Below, piece by piece: positions 1 to 13,576 of a stretch of 64,000 nt of DNA; within the stretch, counting starts at the first letter, position 1, and each line of letters begins with the position of its first letter. Source of the stretch: Macrostomum lignano. Taxonomy: Eukaryota. The position numbers were made by a program, and so were the translations under genes. The stretch is taken from the NCBI GenBank assembly GCA_002269645.1, contig NIVC01000497.1, positions 62,001-126,000 on the forward strand, read 5' to 3'. The notes under the pieces are model-generated. The model was not told the origin of the DNA, made no database searches, and saw nothing but the letters and a program-made list of their open reading frames with translations.

Positions 1-412
1 ACTTCCCCAAGCAGCTCTGAGCTGCCGAAGACTTAATTCAAATTCACCGCTTCCAGCTGGGAAAGATGGAGGAAAGTTTACGATGAACCAGGCGTGGCCC
101 AGCTAGCTGCTAAAAAGCCATTGCAATAGGGAAGCCGCCAGTCAGGGAAGGGGTTAGCTAGTGCAGTAAGACGGGCCACTGCAACGCTATAAGGGATATA
201 CCCCCCCCCCTGATTAAATCTCCCATTCTATCCCTTATCGTTGATATCTCCAATTTTTACAGATCTCTTCTTTTAGACTAGAAAAAGCGAAGCGAAAAAA
301 TACGTAAGCGCTAATGCACAGTCAGTTGGAGTAGAAGGACGTTAAACCGAATTTTCTTAGAACCTTGCTTAAGGTTGCTAAGGCACATATATTCTTAGTG
401 AATTTGGTGTTG

Positions 413-675
<263 letters not shown>

Positions 676-1356
676 TAGAGTATGTTATATTCCCTAACGC
701 TAGTCTAGCTATATCCTTTAAAGCTACACTTTGCGCTGCTCTTCATAGACCAACCAGCTCCTGTAGCGAACTCTGCCATCATGGGGTTTCAGTGCCGCTT
801 ATTGCAGCTTCCTTTTTCCCACGGGTGGGGCGGAGCATCATGAAAACATGGAGAATACGTGGGAAAAATAAGTTCCTAGGTAAGAAACAAAGAAGAGTTA
901 AGTTATGGCCCTCCGTCAAGTCTAGAGTCGGCTGTAATTATTCGGGGTTCTCATTTCGAGTAATAAGGGCTGCTGCAGTTGCTAGTGGTGCGAGCGTAAC
1001 ACTACTAGCTGGGTTAGTGACCATGCAGTTGTTCGATGAGTGAGTCACAAAAATTATAACCTGCGGGCTTCCAAGCACCTGAGGCCTTTGTTACTGGTTA
1101 GTGATCTATATAGCTTATACAGTGTATAACTGATATAACACGTATCATTCAGAATAGGCTGTGTGAATAGGCACAAACGAGCTTACACCTCATAAAATGC
1201 AGCAATTATGCTTTTATTCAAATATGCTTTTTCAGCTTTCAATTGTCACCAAGATTACAAAATTCGGTTTACACGCAGTTAAACCAAGCAGGGGCGCATG
1301 CTGGAGTTTTTATTGGAGGAGCCGCTACCTTAGGGAGCGAAATATTTGGTGTTGTA

Positions 1357-1460
1357 GTGGGTGCCCCTGTCTCATGGTGGGCGCCCCTGTCTCTTGTTGG
1401 GCGCCTCTTGATGGGCGCCTCTGCCTCTTTATGGGCGCCCCTGTCTCTTGGTGGGCGCCA
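1357..1460. repeat. Short degenerate array of the 21-bp GCGCCCCTGTCTCTTGGTG(A/G) minisatellite
   Basis: About 4-5 imperfect units of the same motif as the long array at 9334-9650. Confidence 0.8.
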
Positions 1461-2522
1461 CTGTCTAATGCTTGGCGTCCCTTCTCCAGTCTCCAGGCCA
1501 GTGGACGTCACGCCCAAGAGGTGGCAAAAGTGGAGCTCCCGTCCTCCGTCCATTTAGATTTTAGAGGAGCGCAACTTTTGTGAAGCGATTAGGGGGCCTC
1601 CTTGGCTTTCAAAACTGAAGTTAGCTCGTATGACAAGTTTAGTAAAAGGTGACACGTAGACTTGCCTACAATTAGTGTGCAAATTGAAGAACTGCAGTCA
1701 GCCTCACAGTTATTAGCCTGAAGTGCTGCCACTCCAAGTTCCATGCTTTAGGCCTTTTTGGACGAGGCCACGGCAAGGGAACCTGTGGCGGTTGGAGGAG
1801 AAGAGGCGATAGCGGGCGAAGTTCGGAATCAAGATTTTTTCCACATCAAGAAGGCCACTGCAGCCAGGTGTAAGGAAATCCGCCCTAATAAGAAGGAAAT
1901 ACGAGCGGATAAATTTGATTGGGGCCGTGCCTGCAGCGGTGATTCACCCAGTCCATTACTGCTGCAGTGTGTAGGCCGCCGCATGCTAAGCCTGGGAAAG
2001 TTTTCGGGGAAGGAAGGAAGATTATGGGAATCTTCAGGCGCCATTACCGCGCAGCAGTCTTAGATATTGTGCGCACACTTGGCACCGCCAGAACAGATGG
2101 GGCATTGGGGGGTTTATTGGGGAGGGGCTCAGGACTGTCGGGAGAAAAGTTCCGCTTGGCCTTACGCTGCCACCCCCTTCGCGCCACTCGACTTTTGGGA
2201 GAAATAATTGTGACCTGCGGGAGCTGTGCCGGCTGCAATTGCAGGGTTTCTCTTTGACGATAATAATAATAATAATAGTAGTGGTGATCCAAGCCAAACG
2301 GACTATATAGGAATCTGCGATATGCGGGCAACAAGTGCCAAAGTCCCGCCCTAGGAATGGGAGTTTTGATTTTCTCTCCAAGGGCATTAATCAGGACCAA
2401 AATATTTTTGAGGGGGCTGGACGGTAGCAATCGATATCCAGATATGCACTAGATAAAGTCTCCGAGACACGGTAGCCGCACTGCCTCGAAAACCTCGCAT
2501 TTCAGAAGAGCAAAGACCAGCA

Positions 2523-5150
2523 ATGCAGTTAGTCGGGCTGATGTCGGCCCTCCTTGCCGCCATGGCAGCTGCAGTTTGCGCTGTTCCAAACGACTGCTCG
2601 CGCATCTCCGCCGACCTGACGGAGGGCTCGCCGCCCGACACGCCGGTGGTGAACCTCGGCGACAAGCTCGGCCTGGCGGTCGGCCAGGCGGAATTCGCCC
2701 TGCTCAACGATCGAACGGACGGCCACCTGCTGAGCTTGAACAGCAAGAGCGGCCTGGTGTCTACGCGGATGTCCATCTACCGAGACACCTTGATCAGCTC
2801 GCCTGGACATCATCGGGGCTCTTGCGACCGGAGCGGTTGCGTCGTGGCTATCATGGTGCAGGTGAGCTACGGCGACTCCATCCGGCTCTGCACAGTCAGA
2901 CTGCGTCTCGAGGAGCGCAACAACCACGCGCCAGAGTTCAAAGTGACTTCGCCGATTGTGGAGGTGAGCGAACTGGCCGAGTTGGACACGCGGGTTGGCC
3001 TGAGGCTGGTCGTCACGGACAGGGACTCGCCGAGGTACGGCGTGGCTCGCCTACAGCTGACACCTTTTGACCCGAAGGACACGGGACTTTTTGACGTCGC
3101 GCCGCTAGAGCCGAACGAGAAGGACCATCGAGTGGTGCTGCTGCTGCGAGGGAAGCTGGACAGGGAGACCAAGGCCGAGCACCACATGCTTCTCACAGCG
3201 TTCGACGGCGGCAGTCCGCCGAAGAGTGCATCGCTCAATCTGACAGTTCGAGTCCGGGATGAGAACGACCACGCGCCAGTCTGGGTGACCAAAAACTTTC
3301 GTTTCAATTTGACGGAGAATGCCGAAGGCGGCCAGTTAATAGTGAAACTGGAGGCCACTGACGAAGACGCCGGGCCCAATGGCCGAATAATTTACCTGTT
3401 CAACGATCCGAGGCCGTCGCGCGAAGCGCAGATGTTCTACCTGCACCCTAACTCTGGCGAACTGCAAGTCGCCCACGGCGCTGTGTTGGACTATGAGCGG
3501 ACTAGCGTCTACCGCATCCCCGTGGTGGCCAGGGACCGCGGCGTTGTGCCAAAGCAGATCGAGCAGACCATAATAATCGAGCTGCAAGACTACAACGACA
3601 ATGTTCCGGTGATCAGCGTGCGCGGCCTTCCAGTCAAGCCGGGCGGTGGGCCGCACACGCTGTCGATTCGCGAGAACCAGCCTCCCGGACAGACCATTGG
3701 CTACGTTGTCGCACGCGACGATGACTCCGGGAACAACAGCCACGTTGAGTGCAACCTCGGAAGCCCTGGAGAAGGGAAAATTCGTTTCCGACTGCAACAG
3801 CAGCAGCGCCACAAGCCTCAGGTAGTTTTCAAGCTGATCACGGATGACACATTTGACTGGGAGGTGACGCCAACTGTCCAGGAGACCGTCTGGTGCCACG
3901 ACAACGGTGTCCGAGACTCTCCGCATCGCAGCTCATCACAGTAGTGATTCTGGACGAGAACGACTCACCACCGACTTTCGATCGGCAGGTATTCGAGTTA
4001 GCCTTCGACGAGGAGCAGCAACCAGGTATCCAGATCCATCGGTTTGAGGCAGTCGATCGCGACCAGTCGCCCACTCTGGTCTACTCACTAGACGATGAGG
4101 GCCAGCGCATCGCCACTCTCGGTTCATCGACCGGCGTTCTTAGATCGGCTGTCCGTTTCGACCGCGAATCATGCGACCAGTACAGGTTCAGCGTGCACGT
4201 CACTGATGGCGTGCACTCAGCCAGTGCGGAGGTTCGCCTGACAATTCGAGACGTGAACGATCATGCACCTGAGTGGCACCCGCCATTCACGCTGGAGATC
4301 AAAGAAAATTCGCCGCCAAGTAGTCATGTTGGACGAGTCAACGCCACAGACCGAGACGCCGATGTCAACGGTCAAGTCAAGTTTTTCGTCGGCCACAACC
4401 CCTACTTTGCCATCAGGCCAACTGGCGAGATTTTCACCAAGTCCAACAACCTGGACCGAGAGCGCACGCCCTCCATCCAGCTGAACGTGACCGCCTACGA
4501 CTTCGGGCAGCCGTCGAGGCACCGCTCCACCATCGTGCACGTGACCCTGCTGGACGAGAACGACAACGCGCCGGTGTTCTACTTCCCGTCCCCGGCTAAC
4601 AACCGCCTCAACGTGTCCTGCGACTACGGACCCGACGACGTGGTTGCCAAGGTGATCGCGAACGACTCGGACAGCGGCGAGAACGGCCGGCTAACTTTCA
4701 ACCTGACAGGCAGTGGCCAGGATCATTTCCGCATCAACCCGGACACGGGCGAGCTCAGCCTGGCCAAGTCGCTCGAGTGTGGCGCCTATCAGCACCGATT
4801 CACGCTCACCATCCGCGCCACGGACCGGGGCAGCCCGGCGCAGACGCGCATCGCTACGCTGCTGGTTGCCACCACGCCGAAGCGGCTGGGAGCAGCTGGG
4901 ACTGCCGGCTCCGGCAGCGCCAACGGATTCGGCAGCGACGGCCGGGCGAACTCGGCTGCTGGCAGCGGACGCGGCCCCGACGGAAGCGGCGGAGGCGGTG
5001 GCCTGGGCGATCGGGACTCCAGCCTGGCTGCCATCGTCGGGCTGATCATCGCCACTGCCATCCTCATTGTCATCCTGGTGTTCGCCATCTGCCTGCTGCG
5101 TAGGCGAAACTTTCACCAGCAGACGGACGGGGTCGGAATGGCCGATAGGC
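2523..5150 (+). CDS. Protocadherin (7 extracellular cadherin repeats, delta-like), exon 1: signal peptide, EC1-7 and TM; interrupted by a 1-nt frameshift at about 3911
   Basis: Signal peptide MQLVGLMSALLAAMAAAVCA. Six cadherin linker motifs delimit seven repeats: ERNNHAPEF, DENDHAPVW, DYNDNVPVI, DENDSPPTF, DVNDHAPEW, DENDNAPVF. DRE/DYE and DxDxGxNG motifs are present. TM segment LAAIVGLIIATAILIVILVFAICLL is followed by RRR. ORFs 2523-3944 and 3893-5173 join as DNGV-PRLSAS if one C is added at 3911-3912. Donor GTAAGT at 5151 (phase 1). A single large ectodomain exon is typical of protocadherins. Confidence 0.93.
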
Positions 5151-5747
5151 GTAAGTTGAGGCGACTTTGTTAATCTGCTTCTGGTGACTTGGGGCTCGTG
5201 TGGACATAATTCAGAACCATGACAGCTCTTTGTGTCTGCCTCACTTTGATCTCCGATATAAGCAAGCACAATTTACAATCTATTTTTGTTATAATTGAGC
5301 GCGTTGATGTGAGCTGGCGGGAGACCATTACTGGAGCAGTGATACCTGCAAGTGCAACCCGTACTCAAAAGTGTTTTATTGCTGGCAATTAGAATAAATT
5401 TCCCCCAGAAAAGCAGACTGGATTGCTTTGCATTGGCACTGTTGTCTGTTTTGTCCAGCTGGTTTACGACCTTTACCCCAGTTAACACTCACGGACCTGA
5501 ACGATGGGGAAGTGCCAGTTTTACGAGCAGTTGGAGTCCTGGCTCATTGTTCGATATTTGAGATGACTTTCGTTTACAGTCAGTTTTGCTTTATTGACTG
5601 CTTAAAAGCTCAAAAGGCTTATTGGCTGTAAGGGGACACGGCAATGAGTCAAGATATGTTGTGATTTCATCACCTGAATTTCACATTTTTTTAGTCGGTG
5701 CTCTGCTAACAGTGTGGCGAGTGTTTATGAAGAGTTATTTATCCCAC

Positions 5748-5850
5748 CAATCAGACAAGTATACAATCAATCAATCAGACAAGTATACAATCAATCAATC
5801 AGACAAGTATACAATCAATCAATTAATCAATCAATCAATTAATCAATCAG

Positions 5851-5922
<72 letters not shown>

Positions 5923-6081
5923 CCAACCAACAAATCAATCAATCAATCTATCTATCTATATATCAGAAAATCAATCAATCAATCATCAATAAATGAACCA
6001 GCAGCTCAATAAAGCAACCAGCAGACCAATCAATCGATCAATCAACCAACCAATAAATCAATCCAACAGTCAATCAACCAA
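5748..6081. repeat. (TCAA)n microsatellite with three upstream 20-bp TCAATCAGACAAGTATACAA units, in protocadherin intron 1
   Basis: Direct reading of the tandem units. Confidence 0.93.
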
Positions 6082-6111
6082 TCCGCCATTCACCCACTCC
6101 TGTGTTTGCAG

Positions 6112-6203
6112 ACAAACGTGCTCACCTGGAGAGCTCGGTAGCCCGAAGCGCCTCGATGCCCCCACCCGCATCGTCGCTCCTGGAGCATGCGCTCATTAAG
6201 AAA
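6112..6203 (+). CDS. Protocadherin exon 2 (cytoplasmic tail)
   Basis: Acceptor TGTTTGCAG ends at 6111, and its phase 1 matches the donor at 5151 (joined codon C+AC = His, then KRAHLESSVARSAS). Donor GTGAGT at 6204 (phase 0). Confidence 0.75.
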
Positions 6204-6284
6204 GTGAGTATTTTCACAAACACAAATATTCTTAATTCGATAATTGGCACCAGAGCTCACTGGGCCCCTGCCTTCCCCTACCAG

Positions 6285-6749
6285 TCGCTAACCCAGGACC
6301 GGAACATGTTCAGCCCGTCGCCGCCGCCGTATTACTACACCTGCGAGCCCAGAGACGGCGGACTTGGCAGGCAGCAGCGCCGTCGGGCTCACCAGCAGCA
6401 GCAGGTGCACGCCATGCACCAGCTGGCCTCGCCGCCTCTCCGTCAGCATCACGGCTACCAGACCATCCGGGTGCTGAACCCGGCCATAGACGAGAGGGCT
6501 GACTACTCCCGCCTGCCCGCCGCCTCCGCGTCCGCCGCCGCTGCGATCTCTTCCATGGACGATGATGACACCCTGGACTGCCAGCAGCCCGCCAGCTCCG
6601 AGGTTCGAACTCAGGCTCTCGTCAGCTCCGAGCCCGGCTCCGGAGGCGGCGGCGGTGGAGCCAACGGAGGCAGCAGCATCAAGAAGCGGTCAGTCACGTT
6701 GGACCATAGACAGTTGAAAGCGCCGTACACAACTGTTAGCTTTGTGTGA
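6285..6749 (+). CDS. Protocadherin exon 3 (cytoplasmic tail, ends YTTVSFV*)
   Basis: Acceptor CCTTCCCCTACCAG ends at 6284 (phase 0, in frame). GC-rich codon usage matches exon 1. Stop TGA at 6747-6749. Confidence 0.72.
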   Translation, partial: SLTQDRNMFSPSPPPYYYTCEPRDGGLGRQQRRRAHQQQQVHAMHQLASPPLRQHHGYQTIRVLNPAIDERADYSRLPAASASAAAAISSMDDDDTLDCQQPASSEVRTQALVSSEPGSGGGGGGANGGSSIKKRSVTLDHRQLKAPYTTVSFV

Positions 6750-6816
6750 GTCCTGGCTCCCGCCAGACTGCGGGGTCCTTTGATGGAAGGCTGAGGAGAG
6801 GCATGGCTGCTGTTAC

Positions 6817-7146
<330 letters not shown>

Positions 7147-7526
7147 CCTACATCCCCATGTTTTCTGATGCTCCAAAGCAAACCCTAAGCTTCTTCAGTG
7201 CTTTGCGTTGAAATTAATTGGTTTTTTTCGCTCAACTGTCGTCGTATCTCTAGCCTCGCTATTTTGTACATAACAAATCGAATTCTGTTTTTATATTGCA
7301 ATTTTCACCGCGGATTCACCGCTTGGATTGTATAGTGGTGTCAAAAGTCATTTTATTAATTTTACTGGCGCTATTAACTAAACCTCTCTTTTGCAATCGT
7401 ACGCCTGCGTCAGGCAAGTGCGGTTACTGAAATGCGCAAGCTTGATGACTTCGTTACCTAATTTTTTGTCACTTTATTTTCTGATCTAATCACCCCTCAC
7501 ACCCTCTTACATTACCATCTTGCCCT

Positions 7527-7607
7527 CTCTCCCTCTCCCCCTCTCACCCTCTCACCCTCTCACCCTCTCACCCTCTCACCCTCTCACCCTCTCACCCTCT
7601 CACCCTC
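7527..7607. repeat. (CTCTCACC)n 8-bp tandem repeat
   Basis: Direct reading. Confidence 0.9.
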
Positions 7608-8208
7608 AATCTCTTTTACTCGTCAGAATTGGTCGGTTGATCTCTCGCCAAATGACTTCACTAAAATAGGAAAAGCAAAACTCAACATTTAGCCGATGAC
7701 CAAAACTGTTGATAAAAATCAGGCCAAGTGAATACAAGGGATAATTAGCGTCGGGATTTGATTACGCAACATTCTATCCAAGAGACCACACTATTTTTGC
7801 TCGAGGGGAAAGAAGCTATAGGGATTTCAAGAAGGCTCAGATCGTGGTAATGGCTCAAACCATTGAAGTGCTCGAGTGGGCTTGGGCTAGCATAATCCTT
7901 GATTGATTTCCTACTCCCTGATCCCATCCTCAACACCCCAGCTGCGAATTCAATCAGGGCCTGGTCACTTCAGCTCTGCCCGTCTTTCACAGAGTTTCTC
8001 CGATTGTGGAGTTCAAGACAGACTCTGTCAGTGACTCACGGAAGCCCCGCTTTTAGTCTGTGTGCGTTGGGAAAAATTGAATTCATGTTAGAGACATTGA
8101 TAAGCATTGCTTCTGTCATTATGCAGTTTTCTCAGTTATGATGAACAGTTATATTTCAACCTCACTCCTCTGACAGACAGACCAATATATATAGGGCGGA
8201 AAAGCAAG

Positions 8209-8689
8209 CACTGAGACAGACACTGAGACAGACACTGAGACAGACACTGGGACAGACACTGAGACAGACACTGAGACAGACACTGGGACAGACACTGGGA
8301 CAGACACTGAGACAGACACTGAGACAGACACTGGGACAGACACTGGGACAGACACCGAGACAGACACTGAGACAGACACTGGGACAGACACTGGGACAGA
8401 CACCGAGACAGACACTGAGACAGACACCGAGACAGACACTGAGACAGACACTGAGACAGACACTAGGACAGACACTGAGACAGACACTGAGACAGACACT
8501 GAGACAGACACTGAGACAGACACTGAGACAGACACTAGGACAGACACTGAGACAGACACTGAGACAGACACTGAGACAGACACTGAGACAGGCACTGAGA
8601 CAGACACTAAGACAGGCACTGAGACAGACACTGGGACAGACACTAAGACAGACACTGAGACAGACACTAAGACAGGCACTGAGACAGAC
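8209..8689. repeat. 12-bp minisatellite (GACAGACACTGA)n
   Basis: About 40 units with variants CTGG, CCGA, CTAG and CTAA. Confidence 0.97.
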
Positions 8690-9333
8690 CAGCACCAAAC
8701 GCAATCGCTCCTGAAGCTTGGCAACTCGACAAGAACTGCATCAGATTAATTACAGCCAGGATGAAGAGGTGCGGAAGACTGAGGCTGAGGCTGCGGCAAA
8801 GGCTGAAAGCAATCATTATCTTAACAAACTGCCCGATCAAAGACCAGCTAAAATTATTTTTCCCCAGAAACAATATCTGCTTGTCAGGAGCGCGAGAACA
8901 GATCCCAGAGCCTGATAAAGTCATAATCATCGTGCTGCTTTCGCGTTACCCCAGCCTCCTACGATCAGAGTGAAGTATAACGAATCCTGATCAATACTCG
9001 GTTGCGCAGAAGGCCACACACGCGAACACGCAGGTTGCTAAACAGACGTTTCTCTTCAACCGCAAGCGAGCTTGCTTCTTGGTTGGTTAGTCAGACTCGC
9101 TTCAATCTGCTGATTTACCAGCCCAGATAAAAGTGGAAGAAGGCGCCCGAGTGTTATTTAGTGAATACAGGCCCCTTTCATCCGCTTCAGTTGACTTACA
9201 GATTCGATTTGTGAAACAGCACGGGAGTTCGTTTGGGGTTAGAAAGATGATGAAAACAGAAATTTATTGTGGACGAGGAGTACTAGAAATGGAACTAACG
9301 CTTGGATTGAGAAATAACTTTTGTTTTAATAAG

Positions 9334-9650
9334 GTCTCTTGGTGAGCGCCCCTGTCTCTTGGTGAGCGCCCCTGTCTCTTGGTGGGCGCCCCTGTCTCTT
9401 GGTGGGCGCCCCTGTCTCTTGGTGAGCACCCCTGTCTCTTGGTGAGCGCCCCTGTCTCTTGGTGAGCGCCCTGTCTCTTGGAGGGCGCCCCTGTCTCTTG
9501 GTGAGCGCCCCTGTCTCTTGGTGAGCGCCCTGTCTCTTGGTGAGCGCCCTGTCTCTTGGAGGGCGCCCCTGTCTCTTGGTGGGCGCCCCTGTCTCTTGGT
9601 GGGTGCCCCCTGTCTTTTGGTTGGCGCCCCTGTCTCTTGGTGGGTGCCCC
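9334..9650. repeat. 21-bp minisatellite (GCGCCCCTGTCTCTTGGTGA/G)n
   Basis: About 15 units read directly. Confidence 0.96.
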
Positions 9651-10286
9651 CGTCGGATTAGTATAGATTGATTTTTTTATACCGGCATACGTATTACATG
9701 CATGCATTTGTGCAGTCCATGGCTTTACACACGTCCATATCAGGTAAAACATATACGCGATTTCAGCACAAAGAAGCCATTGCTTGTAAGGACCTGCTGC
9801 ATCATAAAAAAGTTGCTACAAACACCTAAGAAATCAAAGGATACCTGCTATCTAACACGTGCCCTCACGATTTTTACTCTAATCAGCAACTCGTTCCGGA
9901 GGGGTGGGGGTTCAGCAAACCACCTTTTTTATCGGGCTTCATCATCTATCTTCTGCACCTGGGGTTTGGGTAATCCTTAAGCCTCACCCTTACAGGTCTG
10001 ACGGGATGCAGGCTGCCTCATCATGGAGGCATTAAACTACCCCCCGCAGCAGGATGAGGCTGAATCAAGAGCGATGAAGATCTGGGATCAGATGCGGCAT
10101 CTTCGATAACACAAGAAAGCACTTATTTAGGGGGCTTCGGAACTTCAAGTGGGGTTGCACTGTTACCACCGGGTGCTTCAAATTCTTTTCTCTGGGGGGG
10201 GGATTATGGTGTTCACGCATGTCCGTGGGATTTCTAGATGAAATCCGACTCTCATGGCAGCAGGTTGAGCGCTTTGAAGCCTCAGA

Positions 10287-10770
10287 ATCAGCGACTCCTG
10301 ACAGCTGAATTAGCGACTCCTGACAGCTGAATTAGCGACTCCTGACAGCTGAATTAGCGACTCCTGACAGCTAAATTAGCGACTCCTGACAGCTGAATTA
10401 GCGACTCCTGACAGCTGAATTAGCGACTCCTGACAGCTGAATTAGCGACTCCTGACACCCCAAAATCAGCGACTCCTGACACTAAAATCAGTGACTCCTG
10501 ACACCCAAATTAGCGACTCCTGACACCCCAAATCAGCGACTCCTGACACCAAAATCAACGACTCCTGACACCGAAATTAGCGACTCCTGACACCCCAAAT
10601 TAGCGACTCCTGACACCTCAAACAAGCGACTCCTGACACCCCAAAATCAGCGACTCCTGACACCCTCAAAATCAGCGACTCCTGACACCCCAAAATCAGT
10701 GACTCCTGACACCCCAATATCAGCGACTCCTGACACCCCAAAATCAGCGACTCCTGACACCCTCAAAATC
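10287..10770. repeat. 21-24-bp minisatellite with constant core AGCGACTCCTGACA
   Basis: About 21 units. The linker changes from GCTGAATT to CCCCAAAATC-type part way along the array. Confidence 0.95.
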
Positions 10771-11189
10771 ATGGATTTCATCCAGTTCTGCAGCAGTAAT
10801 TCCAGTCAATAATAGAAAAAACAGCTGTTAAACAATTAATTTGCTTTTCGGCGAAGCTATGCTTGCTACACCAGTTATTATGGCAGAACAGTTCAGTCCG
10901 TTCGCATTGATACAATTGACCCAGTTTTATTGCCTGACAAGAAGCAGAGCTCGCCTTGACTGCACAAAACTTGAAATTGCTGAATGAGGGAGGGGTTCAT
11001 TTTTTACGAGGCGCATATTACTGAAATTATGCATGAGAATTATGTGCGCTTATGCGAGAAGTAACAGTTGCTAACAGATTGGGTTACAGGCCGGAAACAA
11101 GGAGGCTGTAGAGGACTTGCAGTGAGGTACATAATATATATGCATGAAGCTATTGGTGCCAAGGACCTCCCGAACAGTAGCAATGGATC

Positions 11190-12340
11190 TGGCACTCCCT
11201 CGAATAAAATGGCACTCCGTCAAATGAAATGGCACTCCCTCGAATAAAATGGCCTACCTTCAAATAAAATGGCAATCCGTCAAATGAAATGGCACTCCCT
11301 TGAATGAAATGGCACTCCCTAGAATGAAATGGCACTCCCTATAATGAAATAGCACTCCCTCCAATGAAATGGCACTTCCTCCAATGAAATGGCACTTCCT
11401 CCAATGAAATGGCACTCCTTCCAATGATATGGCACTCCCTCCAATGAAATGGCACTCCCTCCAATTAAATGGCACTCCTTTAAAAGAAATGGCACTCCCT
11501 CAAATGAAATGGCACTCTCTCAAATGAAATGGCACTCCCTCAAATTAAATGGCACTCCCTCAAATGAAATGGCACTCCATTAAACGAAATGGCACTCCCT
11601 CAAATGAAATGGCACTCCCTAGAATGAAATGGCACTCCCTTAAACGAAATGGCACTCCCTCGAATGAAATGGCCCTCCCTTAAACGAAATGGCACTCCCT
11701 CGAATGAAATGGCAGTCCCTCGAATGAAATGGAACTCTCTCGAATGAAATGGCACCCCCTAGAATGAAATGGCACTGCCTAGAATGAAATGGCACCCCTT
11801 AAACGAAATGGCACTCCCTCACATGAAATTGCACTCCCTCGAATGCAATGGCACTCCCTCGAATGAAATGGCACTCCCTCGAATGAAATGGCACTCCCTC
11901 GAATGAAATGGCACTCCCTCGAATGAAATGGCACTCCCTCGAACGAAATGGCACTCCCTCAAATGAAATGGCACTCCCTCGAATGAAATGGCACTCCCTC
12001 GAATGAAATGGCACTCCCTCGAATGAAATGAAACCCTTGCAAAAGAAATGGCACTCCTTCAAATGAAACGGCACTCCCTTAAATGAAATGGCACTCCCTC
12101 GATTGAAATGGCACTCCCTCGAATGAAATGGCACTCCCTCGAATGAAATGGCACTCCCTCGAATGAAATGGCACTACCTCGAACGAAATGGCACCCCTCA
12201 AATGAAATGGCACTTCCCTCGAATGAAATGGCACTTCCTCGAATGAAATGGCACTCCCTCGAATGAAATGGCACTCCTTCAAATGAAATGGCACTCCCTC
12301 AAAAGAAATGGCACTTCCTCAAATGAAATGGCACTCCTCA
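11190..12340. repeat. 20-bp minisatellite (GAAATGGCACTCCCTCGAAT)n
   Basis: About 57 units read directly. Confidence 0.97.
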
Positions 12341-12859
12341 ATGGCTACACCAGTGTCTGTACCCCTTTAATATAGAAGATTTGAAATGGAATTCTGGCCT
12401 CCAGTCCAGGAACCTATTCAGAAGTCCCTGAGGGCTAGTTATATTGTATCGCATGCACGTTGTTTCGGCAGTTAGCAGAGAAGTTTTCTACTGAAAACAA
12501 GTTCTCTGTATGCAGGTTACTGTTGACAAGGAAGGTTCAAGAAGGAAACAACACAACTACGTCATATTGCATAGTTATGGAGATGGGGCCCGGGACAGCC
12601 TCCGCGCATGGCTGAGGGTGCGGCGCGATTAATTGTAGCCTTAATAAACTGCAATTCTGTGCTGCAGACAAGAGAATTCGGAATTCTCTGTACTGTCGAA
12701 TTAGCAAGCGTTTCTTGCTGTCCTGCAACTGGGTTGGGAAATGGAAAAATTACTGACAGAATTACTGCCACAAGTGCCAAGTTAAAGAGGGTCGATTTTC
12801 TAAGAAAGAGTTGGACAGGGCTTTTTTAAAGAGGTTGCAGGATTTCCAGGCATGTGCTG

Positions 12860-13576
12860 GGGTCTATAGATGGATGTCAGGGTCTATAGATGGATTTCCG
12901 GGTCTATAGATGGATGTCAGGGTCTATAAATGGATTTCAGGGTCTATATATGGATGTCAGGGTCTATAAATGGATGTCAGGGTCTATAAATGGATGTCAG
13001 GGTCTATAAATGGATGTCAGGGTCTATAGATGGATGTCAGGGTCTATAGATGGATTTCAGGGTCTATAGATGGATGTCAGGGTCTATATATGGATGTCAG
13101 GGTCTATAAATGGATGTCAGGGTCTATAGATGGATTTCAGGATCTATAGATGGATGTCAGGGTCTATAGATGGATTTCAGGGTCTATAGATGGATGTAAG
13201 GGTCTATAGATGGATGTAAGGGTCTATAGATGGATTTCAGGGTCTATAAATGGATGTCAGGGTCTATAGATGGATGTAAGGGTCTATAGATGGATATCAG
13301 GGTCTATAGATGGATGTCATGGTCTATAAATGGATGTCAGGGTATATAGATGGATGTCAGGAACTATAGATGGAAGTCAGGGTCTATAAATGGATGTCAG
13401 GGTCTATATATGGATGTCTGGGTATATAGATGGATGTCAGGAACTATAGATGGAAGTCAGGGTCTATAAATGGATGTCAGGGTGTATATATGGATGTCAG
13501 GGTCTATAGATGGATGTCAGGAACTATAGATGGATGCCAGAGTCTACAGATAAATTTTAGGGTCTATAGATAGATG
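12860..13576. repeat. 20-bp minisatellite (GGGTCTATAGATGGATGTCA)n, with degenerate units continuing at about 13840-13942
   Basis: About 35 units in register with the 60-bp lines. Confidence 0.97.

Noticed and set aside
2529-5269. Antisense and alternative-frame ORFs over the protocadherin
   Set aside because: They are shadows of GC-rich codon usage in the real gene.
8149-8724. ORFs encoding (VS)n or (LSVC)n, membrane-like
   Set aside because: These are translations of the 12-bp minisatellite.
10287-10770. CRISPR-like repeat-spacer array
   Set aside because: Linkers are only 6-10 nt and related to each other, there are no cas genes, and the context is eukaryotic. It is a minisatellite.
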